A stretch of DNA of 64,000 nucleotides from Chiloscyllium plagiosum (Eukaryota). How positions within the stretch are numbered: the stretch's first letter is position 1; each line of letters starts with the position of its first letter. The stretch spans positions 19,198,229-19,262,228 of the forward strand of contig NC_057750.1 in NCBI RefSeq assembly GCF_004010195.1. Reading direction: 5' to 3'. The notes beneath the pieces were generated by a model that made no database searches, had not been told where the DNA came from, and saw only the letters and a list, made by a program, of their open reading frames with translations. This document shows positions 63,199-64,000 of the stretch, piece after piece. The translations under genes were made by a program, and so were the position numbers.

Positions 63199-63649
63199 AA
63201 ATTTTGTAAGTTTTATGAATATAGCATATTTTTAGATGTTTACAACTCTAATATGTTTTAAGTGAGTGAGGAAAGCTATGAGGGAAGATGGAAAACAGCT
63301 GAATAGTATTTTAAATCATATGGAAGGGAAAGTAGACTGTAGTAAATCTTCAAAAGATTTTTGATAAGATGCCTGGAATAGTTTAACGAACAAAGTCAGA
63401 AAATGAAAAGTCTGGGGAATAGGAGCAGATTTGTTTGCAGCTGACAAAAAAGCAGAAAGTGGGAGTAAAGGGGAATTGTTCAGAGTGCTGGCAGAAGGTG
63501 AGAAGTTGTTTCCCACAGGAATCAATACTGGAATCATTCTGTGAACAATTTACATCCAACAACTTGGACTTTGAAAAGCACAATTTCTATTTTGCAGATG
63601 AAACCAAATTTAGAGGGATGGTGTGACAGATAATACAGAGGATGTTTGT

Positions 63650-63985
63650 GGGGCATGGTGACTCAATGGTTAGCACTGCTGCCTCACGGCGCCAGGGACC
63701 CGGGTTTGATATCACCCTCAGACTACTATCTGTGTGGAGCATGCACATTCTCCTGTGTCTGCATTGGTTTCCTCCGGGTACTCCAGTTTCCTCCCACAAT
63801 CCAAAGATGTGCAGGTTAGGTATATTGACCATGCCAAATTGTCCATAGCATCCAGGAACGTGCAGGCAAGATGGATTAGCCATGGGAAATGTAGAGTGAT
63901 AGGGTAGAGAGGGTGAGTTGTTCTTTGGAGGGTCGGTGTGGGTTTGATGGACCGAATGGCCTGATTCCACACTGTAGGGATTCTA
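63650..63985 (+). mobile_element. HE1/V-SINE following an old CR1 RT fragment (about 63400-63640, FADETK)
   Basis: Matches the other HE1 copies. Confidence 0.85.
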
Positions 63986-64000
63986 AGATTGCAACAAACT

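Noticed and set aside
62615..63235. Long ORFs in the track (also 40715-41317 and 60260-60931)
   Set aside because: Artefacts of N runs.

Overview
Repeat-rich vertebrate genomic DNA, most likely from a shark (inferred from the HE1/V-SINE, CR1, Deu-domain SINE and Penelope repeat content), with three assembly gaps. One protein-coding gene can be assembled by hand on the minus strand: five coding exons (51384-51426, 27508-27766, 25290-25323, 21391-21502, 18766-19073), all with GT-AG boundaries and matching phases. It encodes an evectin/PLEKHB-like protein of about 251 codons, with an N-terminal PH domain, a GAATG hydrophobic segment and an acidic DFGGF tail. Exon 4 carries an in-frame TGA, the exon-2 donor is tandemly duplicated, and a 2-codon uORF abuts the start codon. 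Most of the rest is nested mobile DNA: CR1, L2-type and Tx1 LINE fragments, SINEs, Gypsy proviral remnants and solo LTRs, and a Tigger derivative. At least three Penelope-like families have termini carrying minimal hammerhead-ribozyme cores, and some of these lie in sense orientation inside the gene's first intron. All calls were made by eye without database searches, and repeat boundaries are approximate unless a target-site duplication (TSD) is quoted.
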